Positions 20,722 to 32,520 of a stretch of DNA of 64,000 nucleotides are shown here, one piece after another. The translations under genes were made by a program, and so were the position numbers. Location of the stretch: assembly GCA_963771175.1 (NCBI GenBank), contig CAVYSY010000001.1, positions 96,001 to 160,000 on the forward strand, written 5' to 3'. Under the pieces are notes generated by a model that did not search any database, was not told the origin of the DNA, and saw only the letters and a list, made by a program, of their open reading frames with translations. How positions within the stretch are numbered: position 1 is the first letter of the stretch; every line of letters starts with the position of its first letter. Source of the DNA: an uncultured delta proteobacterium. GTDB lineage: Bacteria; Myxococcota; Myxococcia; Myxococcales; Myxococcaceae.

Positions 20722-23700
20722 TCACGGCAGCGCCACCAGCAGCGGCGTGAGGAGGTGCCCCGCAACCCCCTGCCCCAGCGAGCCATAGAGGTTGTTGCCC
20801 CAGCTCGACACGCTCCCGCCGGTGTGCACGGCCAGCGAGAAGGTGCCGCCACCCGAGGCGCCCACCCCCCCCGTCAACCCTGGCACCTGCACGGCCGTGG
20901 AGCGCGGACTGGTGGCCCCGTCTCCCAGCTCACCATGGGAGTTGTTGCCGCAGACCCAGGCCGCGCCACTCGAGTCCACCACCAGCGAGTGCAAGGAACC
21001 CGCGGAGATGGAGGTGGCGCCCGTCACCGCCGCCATCTGGACCGGGAGGCCGCGCGGGAAGAGGGTGCCGTCCCCGAGCTGGCCATTGCCATTGAGTCCC
21101 CAGGCCCACACCGTGCCGTCCGCCTTCAGCGCCAGTGAGTGGGCGTAGCCCGCCGCCACGGCCGTGACGCCCGTCAGCCCCGACACCTGCACCGGCGAGG
21201 TGCGCTGGGTGCCGGTACCATCGCCGAGCTGGCCGGCGCTGTTGCTGCCCCACGCCCACACCGTGCCATCTGTCTTCAGCGCCAGCGAGAAGTTGCTTCC
21301 GGCCGCGATGGCCACCGCGCCCGAGAGCACCTGCACCGGGAGCCTCCGCTGGGTGGTGGTGCCGTCCCCGAGCTGGCCATTGCCATTGCTGCCCCAGGCC
21401 CACACCGTGCCGTCGGACTTCAGCGCCAGCGAGTGGTAGCCCGCCGCCGCCACGGCCGTGACGTCCGTCAGTCCCGACACCTGCACCGGAAGAATGAACC
21501 GGGTGCCGGTGCCAACCCCGAGCTGACCCTAGTAGTTGTCTCCCCACGCCCACACCGTGCCGTCCGTCTTCAGCGCCAGCGAGTGGAAGTCCCCCGCCGC
21601 CATGGCCGAGACGCCCGTCAGTCCCGACACCTGCGTGGGCGCGGCCCGGAGGAGGGTGGTGCCGTCCCCGACCTGGCCATTGTCATTGCGGCCCCACGAC
21701 CAGAGCGTGCCGTCGGAGCGCAGGGCCAGGGCATGGTTGGCGCCTGCCCGCACCGCCGCCACTCCCGTCAACCCGGGCACGCCCACGGGGCTCAAGCGAG
21801 GGCCCGTCGTCGCGTCCGCCATCTGGCCGAGCTCGTTGCTGCCCCACGCCCTCGCCGTGCCGTCCTGGAAGAGGGCCACGGAGTGCGCATCGCCCGCGGC
21901 GACGGCGGCTGCGCCCACCAGGCCCGGCACCTGCATCGGCTGGTTGCGCCACGCGGTGTTGCCGAGGCCCAGTTGGCCCAGGTGGTTGTAGCCCCAGGCC
22001 CACACCGTGCCGTCCATCTTCACCGCCAGCGAGTGGCCCGTCCCCGCCGCGAGCGTCTCCACCTCCGACACGCCCAGCACCTGCACCGGCACGAGGCGCG
22101 CGGTGTTGGTGCCGTCCCCGAGCTGGCCATTGCCATTGCCACCCCAGGCCCACACCGTGCCGTCGGACTTCAACGCCAGGGAGTGCTCCTTGCCGGCGGC
22201 GAGGAAGGTGACGTCCGAGGGGAAGCCCTGCACCTGCACCGGCACGAGGCGCAGCGGTGGTGGTGCCATCCCCGAGCTGGCCGGCGTAGTTGGCGCCCCA
22301 CGCCCACACCGTGCCGTCGGACTTCACCGCCAGGGAGTGCCAGGTGCCCGCCGCCACGGCGATGACTCCCGTCAGCCCCGACACCCGCACCGGCGTGGTG
22401 CGCCGGGTGGTGGAGCCATCCCCGAGCTGGCCGGTGCTGTTGGCGCCCCATGCCCACACCGTGCCGTCGGACTTCACCGCCAGCACATGCTCAGCCCCCG
22501 CGGAGAGGGCCACGACGTCGGAGAGCCCCTGCACCTTCACCGGCAGGGTGCGCGCGGTGGTGGTGCCATCGCCGAGCTGGCCCTGGCTGTTGTCGCCCCA
22601 CGCCCACACCTCGCCAGCGCAGGTGAGCGCCAGGGAGGAGGAGACGTTGGCGGCGAGGGACCGGGTGCACGTGGGCACCTGGACGCTCACCGGGGCCATC
22701 CGCAGCAGCTGCGTCCCATCTCCCGAGCTGGCCGAAGCTGTTGGCGCCCCAGGCCCACACCGAGTCATCGGCGCGCTGGACGAGGACGTGGTTGTGTCCC
22801 GTGGCCAGGGCCACGCGCACCTGCGTCAGGCCCATGGACGGTAGCTGGGCCTGCACGGGGAAGGGAAACGAGTTCGTGGCACCGTTGACGAGCTGGCCAT
22901 CGGTGTTGTCCCCCCACGTCCACACGGTTCCATCCGTGCGCAGGGCGAAGGACATCCGGGAGCCGGCCGCGATGGCCGCGACCTGGGACATCTCCGGCAT
23001 CAGCTCCGGCCCGGACATGGCCAGGGTGTTGCTCCCGAGACCGAGCTGCCCCTGGACGTTGCGTCCCCAGACCCAGAGCAGGCCGTCGGAGCGCCGGGCC
23101 AGCACGTGGTTGGCGCGGACAGAGAGGGCGGTGACACCCGAGACGCCCGGGACCTGCACCGGGCTCAGGCGCGAGGCGGTGGAGGTGGTATCGCCGAGCT
23201 GGTACTGGGAGTTCTCCCCCCAGCCCCACACCGTGCCGTCCGACTTCAGCGCCAGCGAGAAGCTGCCTCCAGCCGCGATGGCCACCACGCCCGAGAGTCC
23301 CGGCACCGGCCCCGCAGTGGCGCGGGTGGAGGTGGTGCCATCGCCGAGCTGCCCGTAGTCGTTGTTGCCCCAGGCCCACACCGTGCCGTCCGACTTCAGG
23401 GCCAGCGAGTGGTAGGTGCCACCCGCCACGGCCACCGCGCCGGTCACCCCCTGCACCTGCACCGCGGGGGTGCGAGCAGTGAAGGCGATCGTACCCGTGC
23501 CGATCTGCCCGTTGTTGTCCAACCCCCACGCCCACACCGTGCCATCGGTCTTCACGGCCAGCGAGTGGTAGTTGCCCACGGCGAGGGCCGAGACACTCGT
23601 GAGGCCCGGCACCTGGATGGGCGTGTTGTGCTGGGTGGTGGAACCATCACCGAGCTGGCCGTAGCCGTTGTGACCCCAGGCCCACAGCGTGCCATCCGAC

Positions 23701-25094
23701 TTCAGCGCCAGCGAATGATAGGTGCTTCCGGCGAGACGCTGGACGGAGGACAGCCCCGACACGAGCACCGGGAGGCTGCGCTGCGTGGTGGTGCCATCAC
23801 CGAGCTGACCGTAGGCGTTGTTCCCCCACGCCCACACCGAGCCATCCTGGTGCAGGGCGAGACCGAACAGGTCACCGGCGCCAATGTCCTGGATCTGGGA
23901 GAGGCCCAGCGCCTGGGCGGCAAAGGGACGAAAGCTCGACATGCCATTGCCGAGCTGGCCCGAGTTGTTGAGGCCCCAGCCCCGGATGGTGCCGTCACCG
24001 AGCGCGGCCAGCGCGAAGGAGCCACCACAGGCGATGCCGTGGACTCCCGTGAGGTTGGACACCTGGACCGGGGTGTTGCGCGCGGTGAAGGTGCCATCCC
24101 CGAGCTGGTTCATGGAGTTGTTGCCCCAACCCCACACCGTGCCGTCCTGGCGCAGGGCGAGGGAGAAATAAGTGCCACTGGCGAGCCCCACGACGCCCGT
24201 GAGGCCGGACACCTGCACCGGCGTGAGGGACGAAGCCGTGGCGCCATCGCCGAGCTGAGCATAGGTGTTGTCACCCCAGGCCCACACGGTGCCGTCGGAC
24301 TTCAGCGCCACGCTGAAGGAGCCGCCCCCGGCGATGGCCACGATGCCCGTGAGCCCGGACACCTGGACCGGGGTGTTGCGCGCGGTGGCGGTGCCATCCC
24401 CGAGCTGGCCGGCGCCATTGTTGCCCCAGGCCCACACGGTGCCGTCCTGCTTCAGGGCCAGGGAGTGGTAGTCACCGGCGGCGATGGCCTTCACGTTCGA
24501 CAGCCCCTGTACCTGCACCGGCGTGGAGCGCGACACATTGGTGCCATCGGCGAGCTGCCCGGAGCCGTTGCCGCCCCAACCCCACACCGTGCCATCGGAC
24601 TTCAGCGCCAGCGAGTGAATGTTGCCCGCGGCGATCGCCGTCACGCCCGACAGCCCGGAGACCACCGCCGGAGTGGAGTGCGCGGTGACAGTGCCGTCCC
24701 CGAGCTGACCATCCCCATTGCCGCCCCAGGCCCACACGGTGCCGTCCTGCTTCAGGGCCAGGGAGTGGCTGTTGCCGGCCGCGACCGCCCACACCTGGGA
24801 GAGGCCCTGCAGCTCCACCGGAACGAGGCGCTGGGTGGTGGTTCCATCGCCGAGCTGGCCCTGGGTGTTGGTTCCCGAGGCCCACACGCCACCGGTGGGC
24901 GACACGTACAGCGAGTGCCCCAGCCCCCCGGCCAGACGGCGCGACGACACCATGGAGCCCATGAGGGCCCGGACCTCCCGGGCTGGAGCCTCCGGAGCCG
25001 AAGCCTCCTGGCTGCCTCTCTCCGCTTCACATCCCGCCAGCGTGATGATCCAGAGCGCCAGCAGACACCGCATGACGCGAATTCCCCTGCTCAT
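20722..25094 (-). CDS. Giant RCC1/BLIP-II repeat lipoprotein (~1450 aa reconstructed); frameshifts near 22720 and 22250, in-frame TAG at 21529-21531
   Basis: Lipoprotein signal ([12 protein letters not shown]) followed by more than 25 repeats of [25 protein letters not shown]. Confidence 0.88.
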
Positions 25095-25173
25095 GTGAAC
25101 AACCCCTCCCATGAAAAAGGGGGCGAACCTAGCACGGGCAGTCACAGCCAAGACGCACAAGCGCTTGTTCCCG

Positions 25174-25380
25174 TCAGCCCTCGGCGGGCCGGGGATCCTC
25201 CTCCTTGGAGCGCTTCGCCAGCCGCGACTTGATGCGGTCCGCCACCACGTAGAAGGCGGGCACCACGAGGAGGCTCAGCACGGTGGAGACAGAGAGGCCG
25301 CCCAGCACGGCGACGGACATGGGGGCGCGCGTCTCGCTGCCGGCGCCCAGGGCCAGGGCCGCGGGCACCGCCGCCATCAC
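25174..25380 (-). pseudogene. Isolated C-terminal fragment of an RND (AcrB/CzcA-like) efflux permease
   Basis: AAVPAALALGAGSETRAPMSVAVLGGLSVSTVLSLLVVPAFY matches the last two TMs of RND permeases. The upstream ~1000 codons are absent. Confidence 0.8.
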
Positions 25381-25484
25381 TTTGGTTGGACGGCCGGTGA
25401 GCGGGGAGGGGGACGTGGCCTGCGCCGTGCCCCCTCGCGGGTTAGACGCGAGGAGAGGGCTCTCGCCGGAAGGGAAGGACCGTC

Positions 25485-26128
25485 ATGGCCCAGCACTCCA
25501 CACGTTTCTCTCTGCTCGCGGTCGTCGTCACGTTGATGGTGGGAAGCGGAGCCGCGGCGTCCGCTGCCGAGTCCACGAAAGGGGATGCGCCGCTCGCCAC
25601 CGCCACCTTCGCGGGCGGCTGCTTCTGGTGCATGGAGCCGCCCTTCGACGCGCTGCCGGGCGTGGTGTCCACCACCTCGGGCTACACCGGCGGGACGAAG
25701 CGAGGACCCCACCTACGAGGAGGTCTCCGCCGGAAGCACCGGCCACGCCGAGGCGGTGCAGGTGGTCTACGACCCGCGCCAGGTCAACTACGCGCAGCTG
25801 CTCGAGGTCTTCTGGCACAACGTGGACCCGCTCGACGGCGACCGGGCAGTTCTGCGACAAGGGGGACGCAGTACCGCTCCGCCATCTTCGTCCAGGATGC
25901 GGAGCAGCGGCGGCTCGCCGAGGAGTCGAAGCTCGCGCTGCGAGAAGTCGAAGCGCTTCGAGCAGCCGCTCGTGACGCAGATCGTCCCCGCCTCGGACGT
26001 TCTACCCGGCCGAGGAGTACCACCAGGACTACTACCGGAAGAACCCGCTGCGCTATCGCTTCTACCGCTCCACCTGTGGTCGCGATTCGCGCTTGAAGGC
26101 GGTCTGGGGCGAGGACGCGAAGAAGTAG
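25485..26128 (+). CDS. msrA: Peptide-methionine (S)-S-oxide reductase with signal peptide; several frameshifts
   Basis: [41 protein letters not shown] and [12 protein letters not shown] pieced across frames. Confidence 0.9.
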
Positions 26129-26139
26129 CGTCCCCGTGC

Positions 26140-28209
26140 TCAGTGCACGCCGGTCTTCAGGAAGACGCGCAGGGCCTCCGCCACGCTCCACGCCTGCGCG
26201 ATGCAGCCGCGCGGCCGGTACGGCTCCGTGGCGTCGAAGATCTCGCTGATCTGCCCCAGGCCCGCGTGCTCCAGGTGGTCCTCCAGGCCCGCGCAGCAGC
26301 GCCCGCGCCGCGCCCTTGTCCGCGTTCACCTTCAGCGTCGCGTCGACGTAGTGGCCGATCAGCCAGGCCCACACCGTGCCCTGGTGGTACGCCGCGTCGC
26401 GCGCGCGCAGGTCGCCGTCGTAGTTCGGCTTGTAGTCCGGGTGCCCCGGCGCGAGGCTGCGCAGGCCCACCGGCGTCAGCAGCTCCTCGCGCACCTTCTC
26501 CAGCACCGGCTCCCACCGTCCCGCGCGCAGCACCGGGTAGCTGCAGCGAGATGGCGAACATCTGGTTCGGGCCGCACCGCCGGATCGTTCTTCGCCGTCC
26601 TCTCCGTCCACCACGTCGAACAGGCAGCGCGTCTGCCGGGTTCCAGAAGCGCCGGTTGAAGTTCGCGTAGGCCCGCTCGGCCGCCGCCGCGGTACGGCGC
26701 CGGGTCCTTCCCCAGCCGCTCGGCCCACTCCGCCATCAGCCGCAGCGCGTTGAACCACAGCGCGTTGATCTCCACCGCCTTCCCGCGCCGCGGCGTCACC
26801 ACCCAGCCGTCCACCTTCGCGTCCATCCAGGTGAGCTGGTAGCCCTCCTGCGCCCTGGCGCGAGCAGCCCGTCCGCCGGGTCGACGCGGATGTTGAAGCG
26901 CGTGCCCTTCAGGTGGTGCTCGATGATGCCTCGCCAGCGTCGGGTAGAAGTCGCGCAGCAGCTCCTCGTCCTCGGTGTGCTCGAGGTAGCGGTCCACCGC
27001 GTGGAAGAACCACATCGTCGCGTCGGCCGTGTGGTACAGGCCCTCGTTCTCGCCCTCGGGGAAGAGGTTGGGCAGCAGGCCGTCCTTCACGTAGTGCTGG
27101 AAGGTGCGCAGGATGGCCGCGGCCTCGCGGTGCCGGCCCGGTGCACAGCGTGAGCCCCTCCAGGGAGATCATCGTGTCCCGGCCCCAGTCCGTGAACCAG
27201 TGGTAGCCGGCGATGACGCTGCGCGCGTCCTGGCCCGACTGGAGCGCGCCCAGGCGTCGTCCGCGGGCGCGCATCGGGTCGATGATGAACTGGTCCGCCG
27301 CCAGCACCAGCCGCGCCGGCACTCCCGTGCGCGCCTCCTCGGGCGACCCGCACCAGCAGCCGCCGCTCGCGCTCGCAGCTCCAGCGCGCAGCGCCTCCTC
27401 CGGGTCGCGCTCCAGCACGTCCCAGTCCTCGGCGGTGACGCCCAGCGCCAGGTGACTCGCCCGGCCGCAGCGTGCACTCGAAGTAGCCCGGGCTCGCCAG
27501 CGTCTCCCGGAGTCGTACCCGCGCGCCTGCTCCACCCGGTAGAACAGCGGCGCGACTCGCTCGCTCAGGCCCACGAAGGCGCGCGCGCAGCGCGAGTACA
27601 TCCGCATCCGCAGCGGCGGCGCGCCGTCGCCGGGCCTGCAGCTCCACGCCGCGAGCCCTCGAGGCGCACCGACGGGCTCGCAGCTGCTCCTGTGGTGGAG
27701 CTGTCGTCGTGCATGGCGGCAGCGCGGGGAAGGGGCGCAGCCGCAGCGTGCACCTCCGGACCCGACGAGGTGCTCCCACACGCACGAAGAGCGGTGTTCT
27801 CCCCGTGCACCATCACCAGCCTGCGGCTGGATCCGCGCCTCGCCGAGCTCGTACTCCCAGTCGGGCACCAGGCCCTCCAGGCGGAAGCCGCGCAGCAGCG
27901 TGGCGCACTCGGTGCACCTGCGTGCCGTCCGCGTGCTCCTCGCCGTCCAGCCGGTACGTCCGGCCGCCCACCTGGGCCTGCTCGGCCAGCCGCGCCAGCA
28001 GCACCGTGCGGCCCTTGCTTCGCCAGCGCCGGGGATGAACAGCCCGTGGTAGCGCCGCGTGTTGCAGCCGCGCCACCGTGCCCGAGGCGTACCCGCCCCG
28101 GCCGTTGGTCACGAGCCACTCGCGGGTGAGGACGTCCGTGAAGTCCGTCGCCCGTGGGCCAGTCGAAGGCGAGTCGGGGCAGGGAGGGGCACTCGGTTCC
28201 AGGGGTCAC
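26140..28209 (-). CDS. Glycogen debranching enzyme (amylo-alpha-1,6-glucosidase family); many frameshifts
   Basis: [84 protein letters not shown] overlap with the treZ stop. Confidence 0.88.
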
Positions 28210-30113
28210 GTCTTCGTCTCCTCGCTCGTGAGCACGAGCGCCATCTGTCCTGGCACCCGCGTCCGTCCCTCGTCTTCGCTGGGAAGGCGGGGACATCCCA
28301 TGCCGCCGTAGCGGACGTGCTCAGAAGCCAGGAGGAGCCGCCACTTCTTTCCCGGCGGCGGCGCGAGCAGCGGCTCCGGGCATGGGCTCCAGCTCCAGTT
28401 CCGTCCCCAGGTTGAGGAGCACCAGCCGGTCGCCCTCCTGGCCGCTCCCGAAATAGCGCAGCACCAGCGCGTGCGGAGACAGCACCGCCCCCGCCAGCCG
28501 CTTCAGATCCTGCGCCGCGAACACCGGATCCTCCCGCCGCAGCCTCAGCAGATCCGCGTGGAGCGCCAGCGCCTCCGCGTTCCGCTCGCGCTCGGACCAG
28601 TCCAGCTTGGACAGCGCGGAAGGCCTCCTCCCCGAAGGGCACGCGGTAGCCCTCCACCTCCAGGGCCTGGCGGGCGCTCGCGAACTGGGAGAGGAAGTCG
28701 TTGCGTCCCTTGCGCACCAGCTCCTGCAGCTCCGCATGGTGGTCCACGAAGTAGAGGAAGGGCGAGGAGGCGCAGAACTCCTGCCCCATGAAGAGCATGG
28801 GCGTCTGCGGCAGCAGCAGCAGGAAGGTCGTCAGCGCCCGGGTCCGCGCCGGTCCCGCCTGCTGGTGCAGCCGCTCGCCCCTCAGGGCGTTGGCGAGCTG
28901 GTCATGGTTCTGCAGGTAGAAGACGACGTGCTTCGCCTCGCGTGTGCAGCAGCGGCGAGCCCCGGTGCTTCTTCTGCCACGTGTAGTACTGCCCCTGGTA
29001 CAGCGAGTTGCGCAGCACGCACGACAGCAGCTCCTGTGCGGTGCCGCAGTAGTCCATCAGGTAGGCCTCGGAGCGCGCCCAGCACCGCCACGCTTCGCCG
29101 AGTGGTGGAAGTCGTCCACCCAGAGGGCGTCCGCTCCGTAGCCTTCCTTGGCGGGCGGCTTCACCAGCCTCACGTCCTGTGGCTCGTTCTCGCCGACGAT
29201 GTAGACGCGCCGCTTCCCCGCCGCCGCGCGCACCCGCTCGATGAGCTCCCCCACGATGTGTCGCGGCGAGGCGTCGTAGAGGCTCTGCGTGGCGTCCACG
29301 CGCAGCCCGTCGAAGTGGTACTCGGTCACCCAATAGCAGGCGTTCTGGATGAAGAAGTCGCGCGAGGGGCCGGCCGCCTCCCCGTCATCGAAGTTGGTGG
29401 GGTCGCCCCACTCGTTGGGGTACTTCTCGTTGAAGTAGCCCTCGGAGTACTGGGCCAGGTAGTTCCCGTCCGGCCCCAGGTGGTTGTAGACGACGTCCAG
29501 CGATGATGCCGAGCCCCAGCCGGTGCGCCTCGTCCACCAGGCGCCGCAGCTCGTCCGGGCTCCCGTAGGCCGGGTAGGGCGCGAAGAGATTCACGCCGTC
29601 GTAGCCCCAGTTGAAGCGGCCGGCGCAGGTGTGCAGCGGCATCAGCTCCAGCGTGGTGACGCCCAGCTCCTTGAGCAGCGGCAGCTTGCGGGCCGCCGCC
29701 GCGTAGGTGCCCTCGGGCGTGAAGGTGCCCACGTGCAGCTCGTAGAGGACCTGGCCCTTCTGGCGTGATGCCCCGGCCACCCTCCGTCCTTCCAGGCGTA
29801 GCGCGTGGGGTCCACCACCTGCGAGGGGCCGTGCGGGCCCTGGGGTTGGAAGCGCGAGCACGGGTCCGCGAAGGACTCCCCGCCGTCCAGCCGGTACTTG
29901 TAGAGGCTGCCCGTGGGCACTGGGTGGGTGCCCTCGAAGTAGCCGCCCGCGGTGCGACTCGAGCGGCAGGTAGCGCAGCCTCCCTGCGTCGTGGACGGCG
30001 ACATCCACCCGGCGCCTCCGGGGGGCCCAGACCCGGAAGTGGGTGCGTCCGCCGTCGAGCGGGCGAGCACCGAGGGTGAGCTGGAAGTTCCCGGGACTCA
30101 CTATCCCCTCCAC
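28206..30113 (-). CDS. treZ: Malto-oligosyltrehalose trehalohydrolase (GH13); many frameshifts
   Basis: FRVWAP, DPCSRFQPQGPHGPS, LYELHVGTFTPEGT, WGYDGV, EYHFDGLRVDATQ, PMLFMGQEF. Confidence 0.88.
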
Positions 30114-30131
30114 GGAAGAAACGCTTCTACT

Positions 30132-30326
30132 TCAGGCCTCCTTCGCCACTCCGGCCGGCGTCGTCTCCTTGCCACTGCCCAGTACCGAGCTGCCCGTGAA
30201 CAGGCCCACGCCCAGCAGTGCCACCGTGGCCGCCTCCGCGTAGGGACCTAGTATCGAGCCCAGCAGCGTCATTCCCACCGCGCCCACCGCGAACATCGCG
30301 ATCACCGCTCCCGCCACCTTGCTCAT
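30132..30326 (-). CDS. Small two-TM membrane protein, divergent from exoA
   Basis: 64 aa, MSKVAGAVIAMFAVGAVGMTLLGSILGPYAEAATVALLGVGLFTGSSVLG..., good codon bias. Confidence 0.6.
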   Translation of the reverse strand: MSKVAGAVIAMFAVGAVGMTLLGSILGPYAEAATVALLGVGLFTGSSVLGSGKETTPAGVAKEA

Positions 30327-30603
30327 AGCCGCCGTCCGTTCCCTCGATCGCTCCGGACCTGCCCGGGTCCGGGGCCCACTGAGGGTGAATTCAATCGGCG
30401 TGCCGCGGTTGGTGCCGGGGGAGTGGGAAAAAACCTGGGACACGGTGGGAAGCGCGGTTCCCATCTCGGGGGTGATCCCGAGCCCGGTACGAGCCCTCCC
30501 TCGGGGGTGAGGTCGGAATTTTTTCCCGGACACCCGCCCGGCTTCCGACTGGCTGTAGCGCGTAACCCACGACGATCCGGGGACTTTGCCCTCGCGGTGG
30601 CTT

Positions 30604-30619
30604 TGGCACACCCGCTGCT
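30604..30619 (+). promoter_or_regulatory. Putative sigma54 (-24/-12) promoter upstream of exoA
   Basis: TGGCACACCCGCTGCT has exact GG-N10-GC spacing and a TGGCAC box, about 70 bp upstream of the exoA ATG. Confidence 0.55.
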
Positions 30620-30690
30620 ACGGCCACCCCCGAACACGTGGCCCCTGGCCTTCTTGCTTGGTTGCCAGGGACTTTGGGGAGAGGCGAGCG

Positions 30691-31269
30691 ATGGGAAAGA
30701 CGAGCGCGAGGTGGTGGGTGGCGTTGGGGTTGCTCCTCCTGTCGGGGTGCGCCCACCGGGCCCCGGCGCGGGTGGACAACTCGGACCAGCCGTACCGCAT
30801 CGGCCGTGAGGACATCCTGGATGTGGCGGTGTGGCGTGACGCGGATCTCTCGCGCACGCTGCCGGTGCGCCCCGACGGTTTCATCTCCATGCCCATGGTG
30901 GGCGAGGTGCGGGCCGAGGGTCGCACTCCCACCGAGCTGTCCGAGGAGATTCGCGAGGCCCTCAAGCCGTACGTGCAGGAGCCTCGGGTGACGGTGGTCG
31001 TCCGCGAGGTGAACAGCAGCCGCGTCTACATCACCGGTGAGGTGGCCCACCCCGGCGCCTACCCACTGCGTGGCCGCGTGTCCATCCTCCAGGCCATTGC
31101 CCTGGCGGGAGGCTTCACGGACTTCGCGGACAAGGACGCCATCGTCGTCCTGCGCCGCGCGGGCTCGGGCGGAGGCACCATCCCCGTGAGCTACAGCGAT
31201 CTGGTGGAGGAGCCCGAGAAGTTCGAGCCGCTCATCCTGCGGCCGGGCGACACCATCGTCGTGCCGTGA
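30691..31269 (+). CDS. exoA: Polysaccharide export lipoprotein (short OPX/Wza family), spore-coat ExoA/FdgA
   Basis: Lipobox LSGC; YRIGREDILDVAVW...VRPDGFISMPMVGEV; SLBB domain; first gene of a cluster with the exoA-I gene order. Confidence 0.9.
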   Translation: MGKTSARWWVALGLLLLSGCAHRAPARVDNSDQPYRIGREDILDVAVWRDADLSRTLPVRPDGFISMPMVGEVRAEGRTPTELSEEIREALKPYVQEPRVTVVVREVNSSRVYITGEVAHPGAYPLRGRVSILQAIALAGGFTDFADKDAIVVLRRAGSGGGTIPVSYSDLVEEPEKFEPLILRPGDTIVVP

Positions 31270-31317
31270 GGCGTGGAGCGGGGCGCGGGGCGCCAGGGTC
31301 GGGGTCGGAGTGCGGGG

Positions 31318-32475
31318 ATGGAGGGTGCCGTGAGACGTGCATGGAAGGGTTGGGTGGCGGCGGCGGTGGTGGGGGGCGCGCCGGCCGCGCTCGCGGCCAC
31401 GGTGGTGGAGCCTCGGGCGAAGCTGACGCTGGAGGAGCGCTACGACGACGACTTCCGGCTGAACGCCGGGGGCACCGGCGGCCAGCTCATGACGAAGTTG
31501 ACGCCGAGACTCGGGCTGGGCGTGAAGGACCCGTCGCTGACGCTGGAGAGCTTCTACGCGACGGACCTGCTGCTGCGGCACGGCTCCGGCCGGCTGACGA
31601 TGGATCACCGCGGTGGGCTGTCGGTGCGCAAGCTGCTGTCGCGCCGCCTGCGGGTGGATGTGTCGGGGAGCCTCTACCGGGTGACGGACCCCACCTCGCT
31701 GCCGCGTGAGAGCGTGGCACGCGCGGTCCAGCCCGTCCTCTATGGACAGGGGAGGGTGTACGTGTCGGGGCGGGCGAGCCGGCGGGTGGACGTGGGGGTC
31801 GGCTACGGGATGGAGGGCGTGAAGGTGCTCGAGGGCGATCACGCCACGGGCTTCGTCCACACCCCGTTCGTGGAGACCTGGCTGCGCGCCACGCGGCGGC
31901 TGTCGCTGGGCGCCGAGTACCGCTACCAGGCCTTCCTCTATGGTGACGAGCTGGATCAGGCGCACGGCGCCGCCGCCGCCCTGCGCTACCGGCTGACGCG
32001 GCAGACGACCTTCACGGGCCGCGCCGGACCGGTGTCCTACGTCGGGGCGGACGGCACCCGGGGGCTGCTGCCGAGGGTGAAGCTGGAGTTGATGCACGAG
32101 GCCGGGCGCTTCGACATGGGTTTCGTCGCCGGGCATGACCTGGTGGGCGCCAGCGGCTTCAGCAACGCGCTGTGGGCCGACTACGCGGGTCTGGTGTTCA
32201 ACCATCACTTCACCCACCGGCTGTCGGCGTATGGCGCCACCAGCTTCTTCCGCAACGGGCGCGCGCCGGATGAGGGGGCCTTCACCCTGGGCGGGGGCTC
32301 GCGCGTGGCGCAGGGCTACGCGCTGGGGGCGGGGCTTCAGTTCAGGGTCAATGAGTACGTGTCGGTGCAGGGGGCCGTGGACCGCATCGCCCAGGTGGGC
32401 GTGGACGGAGCCGCGGAGGACTTCGGGCTGACCCGCAATGTCGCGGCGGTCCGCCTGCACATGACGGCCTGGTAG
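31318..32475 (+). CDS. exoB: Outer-membrane beta-barrel partner of OPX (ExoB-like)
   Basis: Signal peptide, amphipathic beta-strands, C-terminal aromatic residue (W); lies between OPX and the co-polymerase. Confidence 0.75.
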   Translation: MEGAVRRAWKGWVAAAVVGGAPAALAATVVEPRAKLTLEERYDDDFRLNAGGTGGQLMTKLTPRLGLGVKDPSLTLESFYATDLLLRHGSGRLTMDHRGGLSVRKLLSRRLRVDVSGSLYRVTDPTSLPRESVARAVQPVLYGQGRVYVSGRASRRVDVGVGYGMEGVKVLEGDHATGFVHTPFVETWLRATRRLSLGAEYRYQAFLYGDELDQAHGAAAALRYRLTRQTTFTGRAGPVSYVGADGTRGLLPRVKLELMHEAGRFDMGFVAGHDLVGASGFSNALWADYAGLVFNHHFTHRLSAYGATSFFRNGRAPDEGAFTLGGGSRVAQGYALGAGLQFRVNEYVSVQGAVDRIAQVGVDGAAEDFGLTRNVAAVRLHMTAW

Positions 32476-32520
32476 GCACGGATGGATGGCGCACAGGTGG
32501 AGCGAGAAGGAGGGGCGCAC

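Noticed and set aside
21529..21531. Pyrrolysine or recoded TAG
   Set aside because: No pyl genes are in the window, and TAG is used as a normal stop in many genes here.
20722..25094. Regularly spaced DNA repeats resembling a CRISPR array
   Set aside because: The period is about 150 bp, the repeats are degenerate at codon third positions and encode RCC1 repeats, and no cas genes are present.
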